A DNA stretch of 64,000 bases from the human T2T-CHM13v2.0 reference genome, Homo sapiens, in the NCBI RefSeq assembly GCF_009914755.1, contig NC_060932.1; one strand, 5' to 3'. The notes under the pieces were generated by a model. The model did no database searches, was not told the DNA's origin, and worked only from the letters and a program-made list of their open reading frames with translations. The first letter of the stretch is position 1. Each line of letters starts with the position of its first letter. Shown here in pieces: positions 60,585 to 64,000 of this stretch. The translations under genes and the position numbers were made by a program.

Positions 60585-61450
60585 AGGAAACATTAATCAA
60601 ACCTCCATTCTAGGCAAGGGGCTCTACTAGGCAATGGGACTATAATAATAAAAAGGCAGATGAGGGTCAGCCCTCCTGGAGCTTACATTCAGGCAGAGAA
60701 GACACAATAAACAACAAACCAACAATGAATAAACAGACATCCATATAAACATTATAAAAGAAAGAAACTTGATGTTATACATGACAGAGGGGTGTGGTTA
60801 CAGAGGATGATCAGAGAAGTCCTCTTTAAAGAGATGATTGTTAAGCAGATACCTATAAGACAAGGAGACACACAAAGAAAGTCTAGGAGGAAACTTTCAC
60901 AGAGCGACCAGCAATTGCCAACTTCCTTAGGAAAGAGGTTAGAATGTTCTAGAACCTCAAAAAAGCTATGATGCATAATGAGTGAGGGTGAAGGTGGCAT
61001 GAAATGAGGTTAGAAAGCTAGGCAGCTGTCATATCCTGCAGGAATCCTAGCTCATGATAGGAAGGAGGGTTTCATTATGCCCATGTTGGAAATGTTACAA
61101 CCCTAAAGAGTTTGAAGTAAGGAAGTGACATGCTGTACTTAATATTATTAAAGGTTTACTCTAGCATGTAACTGCATAATAAATTATGTCCTGTGCTACA
61201 GGACAGTGATGAGGGGGAATTAAGAAGAATGGAAGAATAGGATAGTGTTTACACTTCTATAGCATTTATATTCATTTGTTGATTTTTTTAGATTGTTTAA
61301 TGATTGTTAGTTGTCATTGTGTCTTCTCCACACTGAGAAGACTGGAAGTCTAAATATGAGATAAGAAGTGTTGAATTAGACTAGCATGGTGGCAATGGCT
61401 ATGAGGAACAGTGTATAAATACAAGATATATTCTGGAGGTAGAATTGAAA
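60585..61450 (-). mobile_element. L2 (continues after the L1PA8 and MER74 insertions to about 62620)
   Basis: gccctcctggagcttacattc..gatgatcagagaagtcctct..agatatattctggaggtagaattga. Confidence 0.7.
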
Positions 61451-61464
61451 GGCAGATTACTTTT

Positions 61465-61771
61465 TATTTTATTTTATTTTAAGTTCCAGTATACAAGGGC
61501 AGGACGTGCAGGTGTGTTACATAGGTAAAACTGTGCCATGATGTTTTGCCACACCTATCGCTATCCTATCGCCCCATCACCTAGGTATTAAGCACCACAT
61601 GCATTAGCTCTTTATCCTGATGCTCTCCTTCCATTTGCCCCCCAAGTGTGTGTTGTTCTCCTCCCTGTGTCCATGTGTTCTCGTTGTTCAGCTCCCACTT
61701 ATAAGTGAGAATATTAGAGAAATGCAAATCAAAATCATATTGAGATACCATGTCATGCCAGTCAGAATGGC
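61465..61771 (-). mobile_element. L1PA8-like insertion with 5' inversion
   Basis: Antisense 3'UTR and T-tail 61465-61714, then a sense ORF2 piece attagagaaatgcaaatcaaaa..ccagtcagaatggc; TSD ggcagattactttt/ggcaggttaatttt. Confidence 0.85.
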
Positions 61772-61886
61772 AGGTTAATTTTGAAATGCCCTAAAACATC
61801 TAAGGGACCATGCCAAGTAGACAGCTGGATAGATGAATCTGCATGAAAAGGAGGTCGGGGCAGCCAGATACTAGTGTGGGGGACTG

Positions 61887-62444
61887 TGTGTTAACTCTAT
61901 TTTCTTACTTTCTGTATTCTTGATGCTCTGGATTCCAGAGCCTCACTGACAAGGGATAGACTGCCCCTCCTGGGGCTAGCTAATTCCTAGAGATACCAAA
62001 TGACTCCCTGTGGAGCACACCTTTCACATGCAAACCAGCTAATCCAGAGCCCACACCTCCAACTATCTCCTTTTTCACGCTCTCAATATTCCCCTGCCAT
62101 TATCAACCCAGGGCCAGATAGCAGACAACTACAGACCACTCCTAGAGTGCAGAGTCCACTGAAATTACTCAGTCTAATCCTAAACCTGCTCAGCTTGCTT
62201 ACACTGCCTTGCACATTCCTTCCCATGAAAATCACAATAAAGGTTACGGCCCATTCTTTCTTCTTGCTTCTTCTGCCTTCTGACCAACCCTGGTGTGGCG
62301 CGTGTGGCCCTGTGTCGTATGGCATGCCCCTTCCTCTTGAGAACTTTGTGTAACAAACCACCTTCAATGGCAAACCTCTCATGACCTGTCGATAAAAACA
62401 ACCCCGACCCAGCCCCATTCAAAAGCAGATCCATTTTAAAAACA
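61887..62444 (+). mobile_element. MER74A-like ERVL solo LTR
   Basis: gactgcccctcctggggctagctaattcctagagata..atgcaaaccagctaatccagagccca..cacaataaagg; ends attttaaaaaca. Confidence 0.85.
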
Positions 62445-64000
62445 GGTTGTCCGTGATCAAATCAGGATAATTACTCTATTAATATGTACAAATATTGTGT
62501 CAATTTAAAAAATAACAGATTGTCAGCATAACAATGGCATTGAAAGCCTTTAGAATGATGGGGATCACTTAAGGGAAGTGTGTAGATAGAGAAAAGGAGT
62601 CACGAGGGCCACCAGGGGAGTCCCCAAAACTAAAGATCTATGTTTTGGATTTCAGACTGTGTGTCAACTGAGTTGAAGAACTATTTTCAAGCTTTCTCAG
62701 CACCTCAAAAATCATGCCACATAAGCCACTGCCTACTCTACGTAAGTGTAAGGCTGATCCTGTTTCAAAATGAGTAATCTTCACTAAGCCCACAAGCATA
62801 GTTGAGTTATCTTCCCAGAGAAATAACATGAAGTTAAAAGCCATCCACGTGAGGATACACCCAGTAGGCAGAAACACATGAGATATAAAGCAACCATCCC
62901 AATGTGCTGATAAGAAAGAAAAAAAAAAAACACGTAGGTAAAACTCCTACACTGACAGACATCCAGGGTCTCTGCTGAGATGTCAGGCAACCAAATGCAC
63001 ACAGAGCCATATCCCCAGAGCACGTCTCAGACCTGTGCCATTCCAGCACAGCGTTCTCACAGGTCTACGGTGAAATGAGAAAACCAGGCAGTGCATTTTC
63101 AACAAAGCTAAAAGTATTTATTTAAAAGAATTCCTTTGAATCTGAGATTATGACTTTTCTGCCTTTTTTGGTATTTAGATACCCTTCCTTTCACGAAATA
63201 GTGGCAAAAGTAGAGACAGTTTGTTACTTTTATACTTGACAAAAGAACAAACAGGCAGTCCCATAGAGGCCCTTCACATTTTTTACTCTTTTCTTTTTAC
63301 TGGACCATAATTTAAAAATTTGGAAACCACTAATCTAAAAGATGTTACATACCCAGATATTTGAAAAAAAAAAATCCACTATTTATAACCAGATTTCTGC
63401 TTTCTGTTTCATCCGGACAAATGGAGTAACCCAGACATAGCTCGAATGAGATTTCTCAACGCCACCCATGATATGGAGTTTCCATTTTGACAGGTTGGCC
63501 GTGAGTTAGGAAACTATTATCCCAGTGATGGAGGGAATGCGTACACATCCAGAGCTAAAGTGTTATGTTTTCTCAGATACTGACAAGTAGGGACAAAGGT
63601 TCAATGGTGACTAATGAATAAACTGTTAAGGTGGAGTCAGGACTTAATTGTTTAAAAGCAGTCACTTGAGGCATGTAGCTGCATTCACTGTGAAACCAAA
63701 TCAAGCTTCTGATGATGTGGCAAGGACAGATGTATGTATTTATTTATTTAAACAAAAAGGCTTAGCACTTCATCAAAGTCTACTCTCCGCTTAAACTTTG
63801 AACAGCTACTATAAGGGGATGTAGGATGAACAAGTTATCTTTGGGTTTTTTGGTTTTTTTTTTGTTTTTTTTTTTGCTAATTCTGGGAGTAATTACAGCA
63901 TCAAATTTCTGGGTATGTTCTTCAATAAGTAGGTCAGGCTCAAATGTTTGGATACAGTAATTTAGGAGGAGGAGCTTGTCCTGAGGAGGTTGCTAGAAGG

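Noticed and set aside
62605-62625. ggccaccaggggagtc as a CTCF site
   Set aside because: It lacks the GC after the G-run in the CTCF core and lies in L2-derived sequence; too weak without ChIP data.

Overview
This is AT-rich, CpG-depleted great-ape (most likely human) non-coding DNA, either intergenic or deep intronic. I find no credible host protein-coding gene, RNA gene or CRISPR array. The recognisable ORFs in the track come from Alu, L1, SVA, ERVL or LTR12, and the rest look like chance ORFs. Transposable elements dominate: about 9 Alus (one with the AluYd-type 12-bp deletion), an SVA_B with TSDs, a near full-length antisense L1PA15-like element nested in an old L1ME, a twin-primed (5'-inverted) L1PA8-like insertion, a solo LTR12, a decayed ERVL provirus with an in-frame loss of the RT core, several MaLR/ERVL solo LTRs, hAT MITEs, and L2, MIR and CR1 relics. 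A probable MER135 conserved repeat and several TE-poor, motif-dense blocks are candidate enhancers. I see no evidence of a new multi-gene system; the best leads are unusual insertion architectures and candidate regulatory elements. Family calls come from recalled consensus sequences, not from a database search, and boundaries of old elements are approximate.
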